Assembly: GCA_013265495.1 (NCBI GenBank)
Contig: MU062262.1
Location: 2,046,001 to 2,110,000, forward strand
Reading direction: 5' to 3'
Length of the DNA stretch: 64,000 bases
From: Vicugna vicugna
Taxonomy: Eukaryota
Numbering within the stretch: the stretch's first letter is position 1; each line of letters opens with the position of its first letter. A program made the translations under genes and the position numbers. Of this stretch, positions 23,401-34,367 are shown piece by piece. Below the pieces are notes generated by a model, which had not been told where the DNA came from, ran no database searches, and saw nothing but the letters and a program-made list of their open reading frames with translations.

Positions 23401-24769
23401 TCACATAAGTGCTTTGGACTAACTGCTGTTAAAGAAAGCAGGGGTGGAAGAGAAACAAAGCAAGAATGAGAAAAAGAGGGTAAGATTTCTGAACTTGGTT
23501 TTCCCTGAAAAAACCTTCAGAGATTGCTTTCACTTTGATATGGACAATGTATTCCTCCAGCAATATTCTAGCTTCTCTTTTCCTTTCTGAGCTGCATATG
23601 GTTCCACTGAGAGCTCTGGGACTTTTGTTCCATAACCATGGAACAATTTCCTAATCGCTATTCTGCATTCCCTTTCCATTTATCAAATAGTTCCACTGTG
23701 TATTGTCTGCCTTGAGACTTACTGAACTCTTGATCAGCATTCAACCTTGCTTGTCACCTACTTTTTACCTTGTCTGACCACACTATTCCATTGTTTCTTA
23801 TGGCCTGTGGACAGTTATCTAGGCTGTGTTTCCCATCCCATAGCCTCCCTGACCCAGTCCTGGTAGAATGTGACTGGGGATTCGAAAGAGAGAAGAGCAC
23901 ATAAATGAGAAACAATCCCTTTAAGGTTTCACATCAAAATTGGAATTTTCTATAGGATTTATGTCATATAGGAATAAAGACTTCATTCTTTCTGCTCATT
24001 GCTTTTAACATGACCTAAAATCAGAAAGTTTTTGCTAGGCTTAGATATATAAATTCTTAAAAACTGAACCCCAGTTTCCACTGAGCTCAGACTATCTTAC
24101 ATTCATTTCCATTTAAGAGATTAAAAAGGCAAAAAAGAAAAATGAAATCCTTTAAAGGAATTTAAATCTCCTTCCTCTTACTGGATTTAATGCTCTGAGT
24201 TCTGTTTCTAAATGTTACAGTCTTCACTGTGATCCAGGAAATTCTGGGCCTATTACATTTGCCTGTTCCAACCTCAGACGACTCCCATTAGGGCTCTGTG
24301 GCCAAAATGAAGTAGGCGAGGCCAACCCTCAGAATAAGTTCTATTCTATAAAACTCTTAATCTATACTTCATCAGCCATAAGTAGATGATTTAACTTTTT
24401 CCAAAATGATAGATGTGTTTGGGTTTTGGGGAGTAAGATACAATCACTGTGTTATCTCCTGTAAGTCTCATCAAAATCCCAGTGGTTAGTGTTGCCCAAT
24501 AAGTTAATGGGAGGGCCACATGAGGCTTATTGGATGTGGGGTCATACTGGGCATAAGCCCACAAGAGAGATGAAATGACACTGGAAACAATTTAAAGAAT
24601 GGCTGGGGAAAATAACTATGGAGAAGAAAAGAGAGAAGACTGAGAAATCAAACAAAATTAAAACAAATCAATGTTTTTGCCCAGAAAGATGAAGCTAGAT
24701 GCATTTGAGGTCCAAAACATGATGTGTGGAGGGCACAAGTCCTCGTTTAATAAGTCCCCTTTTGTGTTT

Positions 24770-25085
24770 GCTTCAAGTAAGGCTCCATGTTGAATGCTGT
24801 GGGGAAAATAGATGAGTAAGACAAGGTTCATGCCGTGGAGGGGTATGCATTTTGGTGTTTTTAAGTTTAGAAAAATAACTTAAATATCGGTAGTATAAGC
24901 AGAACATGGCTTGTGTCTAAGAGGGTGTGGATAAAACACTCAGGTATTTCAGAAGAACAACAATAGGGTCAGGGAAGGGATAATGGAAAAAGTTATATTT
25001 CAATGGATGAGCACCATCAGACATGCATAAGTTAGAGAAAAGGGCATATGATGCAGAAGGACTACAGGGAACAAATACACTTCAG
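24770..25085 (-). mobile_element. L2 fragment
   Basis: aggctccatgttgaatgctgtgggg...gtaagacaaggttcatgcc...gtcagggaagg. Confidence 0.55.
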
Positions 25086-25503
25086 TGTATTAGTTAAGGC
25101 AAAGTTTGCTGGCATAGTAGATAAATCCCAAAATCTCAGCGGCTTAACAGTATAGAAGCTTAATTCTTACTTTCATAAAGCCCAAAGGGATATTTCTGTT
25201 CAGTCTGTTCAATAGGTGGCTATCTGATAAGTGTTGGTTGAAGGACCAGGTTCTTCCTATCTTTTGATTCAACCAACTTTAACATCCCCAAGGTCCCTAT
25301 GTTCACCTTCATTAAGCTAATAAAGGAGAAAGAGGTTGTAAGGAATGCTTGGGCCAGGTCTGGAGGTGGAACATCACTTCTGCTTGTATTAACTAGAACT
25401 TATTCATATGATCACATGTAACTACAAGGGATGCTGGAAAATGTAGTCTAGTGAGAATTAACAAGAGAACATGGGTTTGATGAATGAATACCTAGTCTAT
25501 CTT
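25086..25503 (-). mobile_element. MLT1J-like MaLR solo LTR
   Basis: tgtattagttaagg...cccaaaatctcagcggcttaaca...catcacttctgc...aactacaagggatgctggaaaatgtagtcta. Candidate TSD ttcag/ttcaa. Confidence 0.75.
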
Positions 25504-25619
25504 TTCAATGGGCAGGGAGGTCTAAGTGGAGAACTAATTCAATTTGTTTGAAATAGAGGATGGGAGATGAGAAATCGTTTGATATAAAACTAAAGAAATG
25601 GGTGGAGAATATTTTTATT

Positions 25620-25960
25620 TTTGATTGATTGATTCTTTTATTCATTCATTTAGCAAAATTTATTTAGCACCCGCTGTATACCAGATACTATGCTAGATGT
25701 TGAGGATTTAATAAGGAATGTGTCTAGCAGAGAAGACAGTTATGAGGGTAAATATTATAAGCACTGTAATAGAAGTATACGCAAAATGCCATAAAAAACA
25801 CAAAGGGGAGGCAGTAACACGGCTAGGGGAATCTTGGACTGGAGCTGAAACAGGAGGAGGGTGGGCACTGGGGCTGTGAAGGGAATGTTTTACGTAGAGG
25901 AGACTTCACAGGCAAATGTGCAGGTGGGTGGAAGGGCATGGTGCAGTCACAAAGTCGTAG
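25620..25960 (-). mobile_element. L2 3' end
   Basis: ttcattcatttagcaaaatttatttagcacccgctgtataccagatactatgctagatg. Confidence 0.7.
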
Positions 25961-26239
25961 GGAATATGGGATTGCTCACATGATTCTAGTTTATTAATGA
26001 CTGGGTCAATCCTGCAAGTCTGAAAAATAAATTCAGGAAAAAAAGGAAAAAACAAAACAGGAAATGCTACATTTCACAGTAGATAATAAATTTACAATTT
26101 TTTTTTCCTTAGGAGGTGGTGCAGACTAGTGATATACACACTTACCAGCAAGATAAAGAGATAAATTCAAGGTTGATATATTTAGTGTAGGAAGGTTTAG
26201 GAGTATATCTCTGGTTCCTTGAAATTAATGGTTTGCTCA

Positions 26240-26965
26240 GAATATATTATTTGAGGTTGTTGCCAAAGACATGGGCTCTGAAGTCAGATAGATTGGGTTG
26301 AAACCTAGACACAGCCCTTGCTAGCTGTGTGGCCTTGAGTAATTTTTCTGAATCTTAGTTTTTCTTGTCTTTAAAATTGGGACATTGACATTATATGCTT
26401 CAATGTACCAGTTAGACTTTGTTGCCCATAACTCAGTGGCTTAAAAATAATTCATTATCTCATGGTTCTGAGAGTTGACAATTCGGGTTGGGCTCAGTGA
26501 ATCAGTTTTTCTGCTGGCCTCACCTGAACTTATGCATGTGGCTATATTCAGCTGGAGGGTTGGCTGGTGATTTGTTCTGGCTGCCAGGTGGTGCTAGTTG
26601 TTGGTCAAGGTTATGAGGATGAATGTACACATATACCTAGCAGACTCATTTGGGCTTATTCATATAGTGGCAATCTTAAGCTTCCCAGGAGTATGAATAT
26701 ATGGCAAGCCCCAATATTCAAGTCCTTTACAAAACTCTGTGTCGTTATCCCACTGACCAGTATAAGTTACACTGTCCCATTGGTCAAGCCCAGAGTCATG
26801 TGAGTGTTGGCTACCCAAGGCCATGGAAACAGGGAGATAAAAACAAACTGGGGCTGTAGCAATCTATCACATCCAATCACGGTGTTGCTGTATAGATTAA
26901 GTAATATGTTTGTCACATTTTGGATGTAGTAAACACTCAATAAATGGGAATATGATGATGGTGAT
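26240..26965 (+). mobile_element. MIR split by MLT1F (pieces 26240-26403 and 26872-26965)
   Basis: gggctctgaagtcagatagattgggttgaaacc...ctgtgtggccttgagtaa...tttaaaattggg, resuming as gttgctgtatagattaag...gtaaacactcaataaatg. Confidence 0.75.
26404..26871 (-). mobile_element. MLT1F-like MaLR solo LTR
   Basis: tgtaccagttag...ctcagtggcttaaaa...tcatggttctg...gggctcag...ggtcaagcccagagtca...gcaatctatcaca. TSD ttcaa/tccaa. Confidence 0.8.
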
Positions 26966-27354
26966 TATGCATGGATTGCTGCCAACGTGGCATATCTAAT
27001 TGTCATTTACAGTTGAGGAAAATGTGTAATGGGGGAATAAGAGACCTGGATTCTTGTCTAGCTTTGCTGTTAAATGAATTAGAGAATTGGGACCAGAGGG
27101 ACTATGAGTGGTTTAACTACAACAATGGACAAATGGATAACATTTCTTTGTTAATTGCTATTCCACTATAATTCTTCCACTCCTACCTTCATATCACATC
27201 CCAACCTACTATACCGTTCTTCAACACCCATCCCTTGCCCAGCTCACCACACCCACCATTTCCTGCCCACCACCTCTGCCACTGCACATATGACTTACTA
27301 TAGAACTTCTCACTCCATGTCATATTTCCTGGGTACTTTTTCTTTCTGAATCTG

Positions 27355-28396
27355 TAACTATATTTATTAGAATGCTTATAGTTTCTTGTAACTAAATTAC
27401 CAACTGAAATAGCTTAAACACCAAGGAATTATTACCTCATATAACAGCTCTGCAGAAAGCAGTTACTGAGTTGATTGATTTGAAGTTTCAATAAATGATG
27501 CCAGTGCTCAGAGGTCATTTCTCTGAGATCCTGTTTTGTTCTCCCTCACTCTTACTGCAGGATGGCAGCTATTACTTCCAAACATCCTGCTCTCACAGGA
27601 AAATATCTAAAGGCACGAGATAAGGGGCATTTCCCACCCCTCTTCATTTATTTGTCAGAGAGGTAAATTTCTTTCAGAACGTCCTTTCTTATTTGTCAAT
27701 GACTAGAGTATGACCACATGATCACCTCCAAACCAATCAGAGGCAAGGAGGGGATAAGATTATCATTATCATGGTTAGATCAGATGCGTCATGGTTTATC
27801 TTCTAGAATTAGGAAGGGGCCCATATTCCCTGAATATATTGTTGTAGAATACACTGTTCAAGGATAATTGTCTTTTATAGGTTTAATCATGACTTTCATA
27901 AAGATAGGAAATGAACAGGTGTGAAAGACTTAAACTCATTAAGGAGGAAGCCACAAAAAAAGTTACAAACAGTCCCAGAGAAAATCCAAAGACCAAAACA
28001 AATATGTAAGATCATCATGATTTCTGAAATGAATTAATCAGTGCAAAACTAGCTTCTTCCATGGTAGGGGAGGAAAGTCAATTGAACCTCCAAGGAACAG
28101 AATTTATTTGCATATCTATAGACAAGAAATACTTGTTTTACCACCAGTTTTCTGCAAGTTAACTTCCATCTCTACAGGATTGTAAGACAATGAAAAGCAC
28201 AAATAACAAAAAATCCGATACCTTGAGAGAGTGAGCTCCAATCAATATCCAGTTTTCAATTGAAGACATCTTATAGTCTTTTGGCCCACTTCGAAGCCTT
28301 TCAGTTTTTTCTTACAATATGCACAAAATCATATTTTTTTAGCAAGGAATAAAGAGGAAATGACTGTTGGGTAGACAACCAACAGTGTCTGCCATA
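27355..28396 (-). mobile_element. MLT1K/L-like MaLR LTR interrupted by a ~465 bp insert (pieces 27355-27856 and 28322-28396)
   Basis: ccaatcagaggcaagg...ggggcccatattccctga...gaatacactg, resuming as cacaaaatc...tagcaaggaa...gggtagacaaccaacagtgtctgccata (the LTR terminus). Confidence 0.7.
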
Positions 28397-28439
28397 ATAA
28401 CATTACTGGGAATTAGAGAAATAAACGTATCATGATTTG

Positions 28440-28595
28440 CAAGAGACTTTCACACTGCTTTACAGGGATTGCTTTGGAGATGAATGGTAGATCAGGAGAT
28501 ATTAGTTGAGGCCGAGAAAGCTTGATGATTTGCCAAGCCTAAGCCTGCATCTGGAGTGGGGACGGGACAGCAACCTGGTATCTCCGCTCCTGGAG
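28440..28595 (-). mobile_element. MIR3 fragment
   Basis: ttgaggccgagaaagcttgatgatttgccaag...gggacagcaacctggtatctcc. Confidence 0.5.
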
Positions 28596-29296
28596 AGTCG
28601 CTAAAATCACATGTTAAGAACTGTAGCCAGAGGCACTTCCGTCATGAAGGAGGAGACCACAAATAATTCCCTTTTGGAAGCTGCAGATTTTAATTTTCCT
28701 AATGTACAGGACCATTTTCTGCTCCCATTCTACCCCCTTCCTTAGTTCTTTTCCATGTTTAGTGCAAATTGAATTCCAAGGGAATTATACCAGCGATCAC
28801 ATACTATTCATTTCAGTCTGTTGACAGGCAATTTTTCCAGAGTACCCTGCTGGGGATTTGATAGTGAGAGGGGGTGGTGTGAAAATGTGATTTCTTGTAT
28901 TCTGTATTCTTACAGCTTTTGTCCCCAGTCTGGTGTTTACGGGCTGCTTTATTCCTATGTCTTATACAATTTAGGATACTATATTTTTATACCTTAATTA
29001 GTTTCAAAATTAATAAACTAAATGTTTTGTAATTTTTTTTAAGTTCCAAACCACACAGTGTGCTTGCCAGCACTGTTAGAGGCTCAGCAAGCCTGTCATA
29101 GGAAAGGAATCTAGTCAGGTTTTTGCTAAATGCTACATTTCTCACACATGCATTTTGCACATATATTTCTGATTTCATCTGTGAGTAATTGCTTCTGGAG
29201 AAAGAATTGCTCACATTTTAGAGGAATAACATTTCTCATTGACCATTTCCAAGGCAAAGTCCCGTTCTACCTGTGAAAACATTGCTTTCTCTAGGC

Positions 29297-29488
29297 TAGC
29301 GGCTCTCAAATTGTAATGTCCATCATAATCACATGGGGTGGGGAGGCTTGTTAAAACGCAGATGTCTGGACCCCACACCACAGTTTCTGATTCAGTAGGT
29401 CTGAATGAACCTGAGAATTGGCACTTCTAACTAGTTCCCTGGTGATGCTGATGCAGCTGGTCTGGGGACAATAATTTGCGAACCAGTG
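29297..29488 (-). mobile_element. MER5A hAT-Charlie MITE, full length
   Basis: Matches the reverse complement of MER5A (gagggcttgttaaaac, gtttctgattcagtaggtctg, ggtgatgctgatgc). Perfect 8-bp TSD CTCTAGGC at 29289-29296 and 29489-29496. Confidence 0.93.
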
Positions 29489-31109
29489 CTCTAGGCCATG
29501 CACCTTCAGGTCAGATAAGACCCTCAGTCCAGGAGGCAGCCACAAATCTACATATGAGAGAGAAGAGAACTCTTTTTGTTGTTACCAGGGAGTATGTTCT
29601 TGCCCTCAAAAGAGCCCATTTGACCTCCCATTATCTTTATCCAGTGAAAATGTTGATATGAGTAATCCAAAATGGCAGGCCATGAAAAAATTACTGTACT
29701 GAAATCACTGTAGGACTTTCAGCTAACTGTCAATGCATGACATAGAGAGGAGGAGGAGGAGGAGTCTGAACTGAAGATAAGCAGACCCATAAACCTGAGA
29801 ATTATTCTTAGTGTGCACTGGCTGTACTTCTTTGGCCCCCACTGACTGTCTCCTTAAACGTCATTGATAGACAAAGACTATGGACTGCCGATTGCTCAGG
29901 TCCCTTCCATCCCTTTTCTTCCATGAACCTGATCCTAACCAGATGTCCAAAGAGTGCCCCAGACCCATTTGCCAGTGTGAACATCCTGAGTCAAGAAATC
30001 CAGCAGGAGAAGGGGTGTCACCTGCTTCAGAGTCCACAGCTATAGTTTTGCCAACCCTGGTGTCAGTGAGTAAAGAGAAGAGCCAACTGGGCTTTCAAGG
30101 AATTCAAGACTGTGTGACCCAGGTAAAACTGATCTGATTAGCAGGGTGTAAAATTCCCCTTTCATAGAGCTGTCAAGGGATTATTAATGATCTCAAGCTG
30201 CCTGACACTCTTTTACACCCTCTCACAACTGTGTCCTCAGCATTTTTCCAGCACCCAACTTCCTCAATTAAAGGAAAAGCACCATCTCCACCTTTCAGTG
30301 AAAACTCTGGAGGCCTTGCTAGGAAGTGTTCTGGGTAACTAGCAAGCCCGCCTCTGCTTAACTGCAGGCATCTGAGAGGTCACAGAAGAAAGACGGAGGC
30401 TTTCAATTTCACCTAAGAGTCTTAGAGTCTCCTGTGAAGCTTGTGGCAAACAGACAGGAGGGTAGAGACCATCTGAAAGAAAAACAACTGCTGCATCTTG
30501 TAGTCAGTCACATATGTGGGCTCGCAAAACTCTGGGATTTTAGGTAAAGGGCTGTGCTTTCTCCGTCTTTGCCTCGTTAATGAGTCTGTCCATTGAGAGG
30601 ACTTGGAACAGAAGTGCTTCATGAGGTTTGCTGAGTGGATAAATAGGCAGAATGTTGCTTTGTGTGTGGAGTTATTGTTCTTCTGCATGTTTTTCTCATA
30701 AAATTCTCCAAAATCAATAAAGTTATTAATGAATAAATAAATATTTTTATATGAAACAGAAAGTTATGTTGAAGGCTCAGAAATGACATTGCTTCAGTAA
30801 AGAGCCTTTGAATGGATGGGTGAATAAATTCTTCTACAGACCTTTCAGTGAAAATGGGATGGTTTTGTGGCTTGCAAAACTAATGTCTAAATTTCCAAGT
30901 CTTGATAAACTTTCAGTAGGTCCCAAAAGTAACTATGCAATAAAAAAAATAAGTAAACAACTTCTCTCTGATCTTGACTCTATGAGTCACGCAAATGTTT
31001 CTTTTTTGTTGTTTTGTTACGGAAACGACAGGCCAGTCAAGAAACAAGCACCACTCGGAGGGTTGGAGTACTCATGTATTACACCGGCGGGCTCAGAGGG
31101 GCTTCTGCT

Positions 31110-31230
31110 CCGAAGCCCTGAGCACCTTCAAGATGTGGTTTTATAGGGTAAAGTACAAGCATGGGGTATTCGGCCAATAGGCATGGAACAACTTTAGCAG
31201 CATTATCATCACAAAAGTGGAGGCGGGGAG
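31110..31230 (-). promoter_or_regulatory. Candidate Pol II core promoter (GC box, CCAAT, TATAAAA)
   Basis: Sp/KLF box ggaggcgggg at 31219-31228, CCAAT at 31174-31178 and minus-strand TATAAAA at 31139-31145, in canonical order, within a locally CpG-rich non-repeat stretch. Confidence 0.35.
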
Positions 31231-31484
31231 GCAGCAAACCAACATTCCAAAGCCAGATATGTATCTTTGAAAATCCAGTTGGCTAGCAAAAAAACATAAA
31301 CAGCAAACCAACACTAATTAACTTAGATTTACAAGTTAGTCCAGCAGAACTCAGATCAGTATTCCAATACTTAGATTTGTGAGTCCAGCCCAGCCTCTCC
31401 TTCACATTCCTAGACCTGCGAGTTATCTTGTTAGACCAGCCCAGCTTTTCCTTCACAGTTTAATAATAATAACAAAAATGATAA

Positions 31485-31705
31485 TGATAATAATAATGGC
31501 TAACCTTAGTTGGGCACAAAGACTCAGACCCTGTGCAAGCCTTTTTTGTTTGTTTGTTTAATACTCATAGCAATCTGAGAAGTAGTTACTGTAATTATCC
31601 TCAGAAAGATTGCATAAGTTGCTCAAGGGCATCTAGCTGGTGATGGGTGGAGCAAGGATTTTTGCCAAGGAAGTCTGACCCCAGTGCTGTGCACTGTATC
31701 AGAAA
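31485..31705 (-). mobile_element. MIR SINE
   Basis: ataataatggctaaccttagttgggcac...ttaatactcatagcaatctgagaagtag...gctcaagggcatctagctgg...gtctgacccc. Confidence 0.75.
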
Positions 31706-31739
31706 CAGTGATGATAACTGAACCTTTGGAGAAATAGCT

Positions 31740-32198
31740 TGTGGTAGTATGAATAATGGCTCCCAGACATTTCTCCGTTCGGTTGCTTGAGACTTGTGAA
31801 TAAATTATCTTACATGGAAAAAGGGACTTTATCGTGATCAAATTAAAAATCTTGAGATGAGGAAATTATCGTGGATTATCCAGATGGGTTTGTTGTAATC
31901 ACAAAGGTCCTTCTAAGAAGGAGACAGGAGGGTCAGAGTAAGAAAACACAGTGTGATGACAGAAGCAGAGGTCAGTGTGATGTGAGGCCATGAGGCAAGA
32001 AAGGAAGGGAAGCTGGAAACGGCAAGGAGACTCCCCTTAAGTCTTCAGAAGAAATGCAGTTCTGCTGACCCGTTTTGGACTTCCGACCTCCAGAACTGTG
32101 AGATAATAAATCTGTGTTGTTTAAAGCCACTAAGGGGCAATTATTACAAATACTGATTTTTGGTAGTCTGTTAACAGCATCCATAGGAAACTGATAGG
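31740..32198 (+). mobile_element. MLT1D MaLR solo LTR
   Basis: tgtggtagtatgaataatggctccc...aaaagggactt...ttggacttccgacctccagaactgtgagataataaat...ataggaaactgata. TSD tagct/cagct. Confidence 0.9.
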
Positions 32199-33854
32199 CA
32201 GCTGATATAATCTAATGCTGGTCACTCTCTGCCCTTGGCAGGAAGGTGCCAGCACAAGCCCCCAGATGTGCTGTCATGGCTTCGCAGACCTGACTCTACA
32301 GAGAAATACCCTGTTGGTTTTGAGGCTCCCCAGATTCGCCTGCTGCTTTATTTATCAGTACATAAATACATGCCATTTCAGAAAGTGGATGCCATTCCGC
32401 AGCATATTCACAGCAATCAAAATAGAAAAACAGCCTGGAAATTGCTGTAATAACGCTTTATTCTTGTCCTCACTTTGACTTATAAAGTGACATGCTCACA
32501 AGATTGGTAAAAAAAAAATCTCTACTTCTCTTTGCTTCCTCCCTTCTTTCTAGATTTTCTTTACCCTCTCTGCTAAGAAATTAAGCCCCTGCCTGAGCAG
32601 ATTTCCCTTCACTGACATATATTGTGAGCTTTGTTTTCCTTACTTTTTAAGTGAGCATATTTTTCCCTTTTAATTATTTTTATGATGTGTTGGATTAGCA
32701 ACAAAAGGGAACTTTGAAATGACAAACATAAACATGAGAAATGCAGAGTCTAAATTAATTTCCACTCTGATTTAGAGGAAAACATGGTTGGTCCCTATTC
32801 AGGTCTATGCAGTATGGGAAAGTAGAATTGTTTTATACCCTAAAAAGAAGAGAAGGAAATGAGTGTCTTTTTGATACCTACTGTATGTTTCATGCTTGAT
32901 GGATTCTATCATATTTACTTCTCACAACTTGTAAATGCTAGATATTCCCCCCATTTTTTTGAAGAAGCATGAAATAACCATACAAAGTCTCACAGCTTTG
33001 AAAGAGAAAAGCCAGTTTCCTGAGGCCTCGATTACTGTAAATCCCATGAAAAGTGGTTCCTGTTCTGTACTGCTTCCAAAGTGTAGGGTCTCTTTTCATC
33101 ATGGGCTACCACCAAGTATCTTTCTTAGAATTCCTAATACCCAGGAGCAAGTGGGGGCTCTAGAACATGGGTCCTACTTCTTTCTGTTCCTGCCATTTTC
33201 CTTCATATGGAAGTTTCTCATCTGCCTTCAGAAGCACTTCTCCACACCTAAGTTGTGGAAGGTGCCCCTGCTCATTGATTCAAATTCTTGCCTTCACTCT
33301 TCCCTCTCATGAACATTTCATGTTTGATAGAGATGTAGTGTTTGGCAGAGAAAGCCTTTGTGATATTGTCATGGCATATCTGGTCTATCCACACCATGCT
33401 TCACCCCAAAATTTGATGAGTTCTCATCCACTATTGAAACGGGATTGTTCCCCTTGGCATCTCTTGCTATTAGTTTTGAATGTTGGTGCCCATTACAGAT
33501 ATATCTGGTAAAGATGACACTTTCATTATACTATATGATGTTTTGTATATGTAAAGAGGTAGAGTATAAATTTGGATAAGCAGGCATAGAGGGATAGAAA
33601 CAGAATAGTAGGATAAGGAAAAGGCATACAAGGGGGACTTAGTAGGAAAAAGAAAAAATTCATGATTTCATGTTAGGCAGAGCTAGACAAGTTCAGACTA
33701 AGCACACTTGGAGGTATGGCAAATACTCAGTCCCTTGACAAGCACAGGGTTTCATTTTTCCATCACACATTGAAGGTGTAGACCTCAACATTGCCTAAAA
33801 CCAAAATGGAATCCTGTTGAAGACAAGAGAAAGAACATTTGGTGGACGATAGGC

Positions 33855-34367
33855 TGTCTCAGTATAGTAGCTCCTCCATTTTGGCCCTCCCACCTCCCCC
33901 TGATTCATTGTCTTCCCTACTCTGAGCTTCTCAAGTCTGAACCTATGGACTACATCATCCAGACTTTCATGACCTCATCTTCTCATTGGGTTTAGCCAGT
34001 GAAAGGCACTAGCAGGAGATTTTAGGATGGGAGAAAAGGGAAGTTAGGACATTTCTTTGTTACTTGCTTCCTGTTAGATGTTATAGAGTCTGTGATGCCT
34101 ATATCTCTCTGTTACTATAGATACTGGCCCCTTCTCCGTAAAGTCTTCTCTCACTGGACTTAAATAACACTGTTTCTTCCCCCCCCCCCGCCTTCATTTA
34201 TAAGAATAGTAATGACTTTCCACTATTGCTAAGCTTTGGGTGCTTCAGCCTCCCTGGTTGGTCACCTCAACCTACCAGCTCTTAATGCAAATAGTCCCTT
34301 CATTAAAATCTCTTCAACTCAACCATCTGTGTATAAATTGTTTCCTGATGACACCCCAATTGACACA
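33855..34367 (+). mobile_element. LTR33-like ERVL solo LTR
   Basis: ggtttagccagtgaaaggcactagcaggagat and the 3' end gcaaatagtcccttcattaaaatctcttca...tgtttcctg...tgacaca. Confidence 0.78.

Noticed and set aside
24496-24533. Inverted CCAATAAG/CTTATTGG pair
   Set aside because: An 8-bp inverted repeat with no other promoter elements and no CpG enrichment.
28640-28660. ETS motif CACTTCCG with neighbouring CpGs
   Set aside because: Most nearby CpGs belong to a MIR3 fragment. A single 8-mer is not enough evidence.
32126-32141. CTCF-like gccactaaggggcaa
   Set aside because: It mismatches the near-invariant G of the CCACYAG core. It lies at a small ~27-bp insertion in the MLT1D 3' end.
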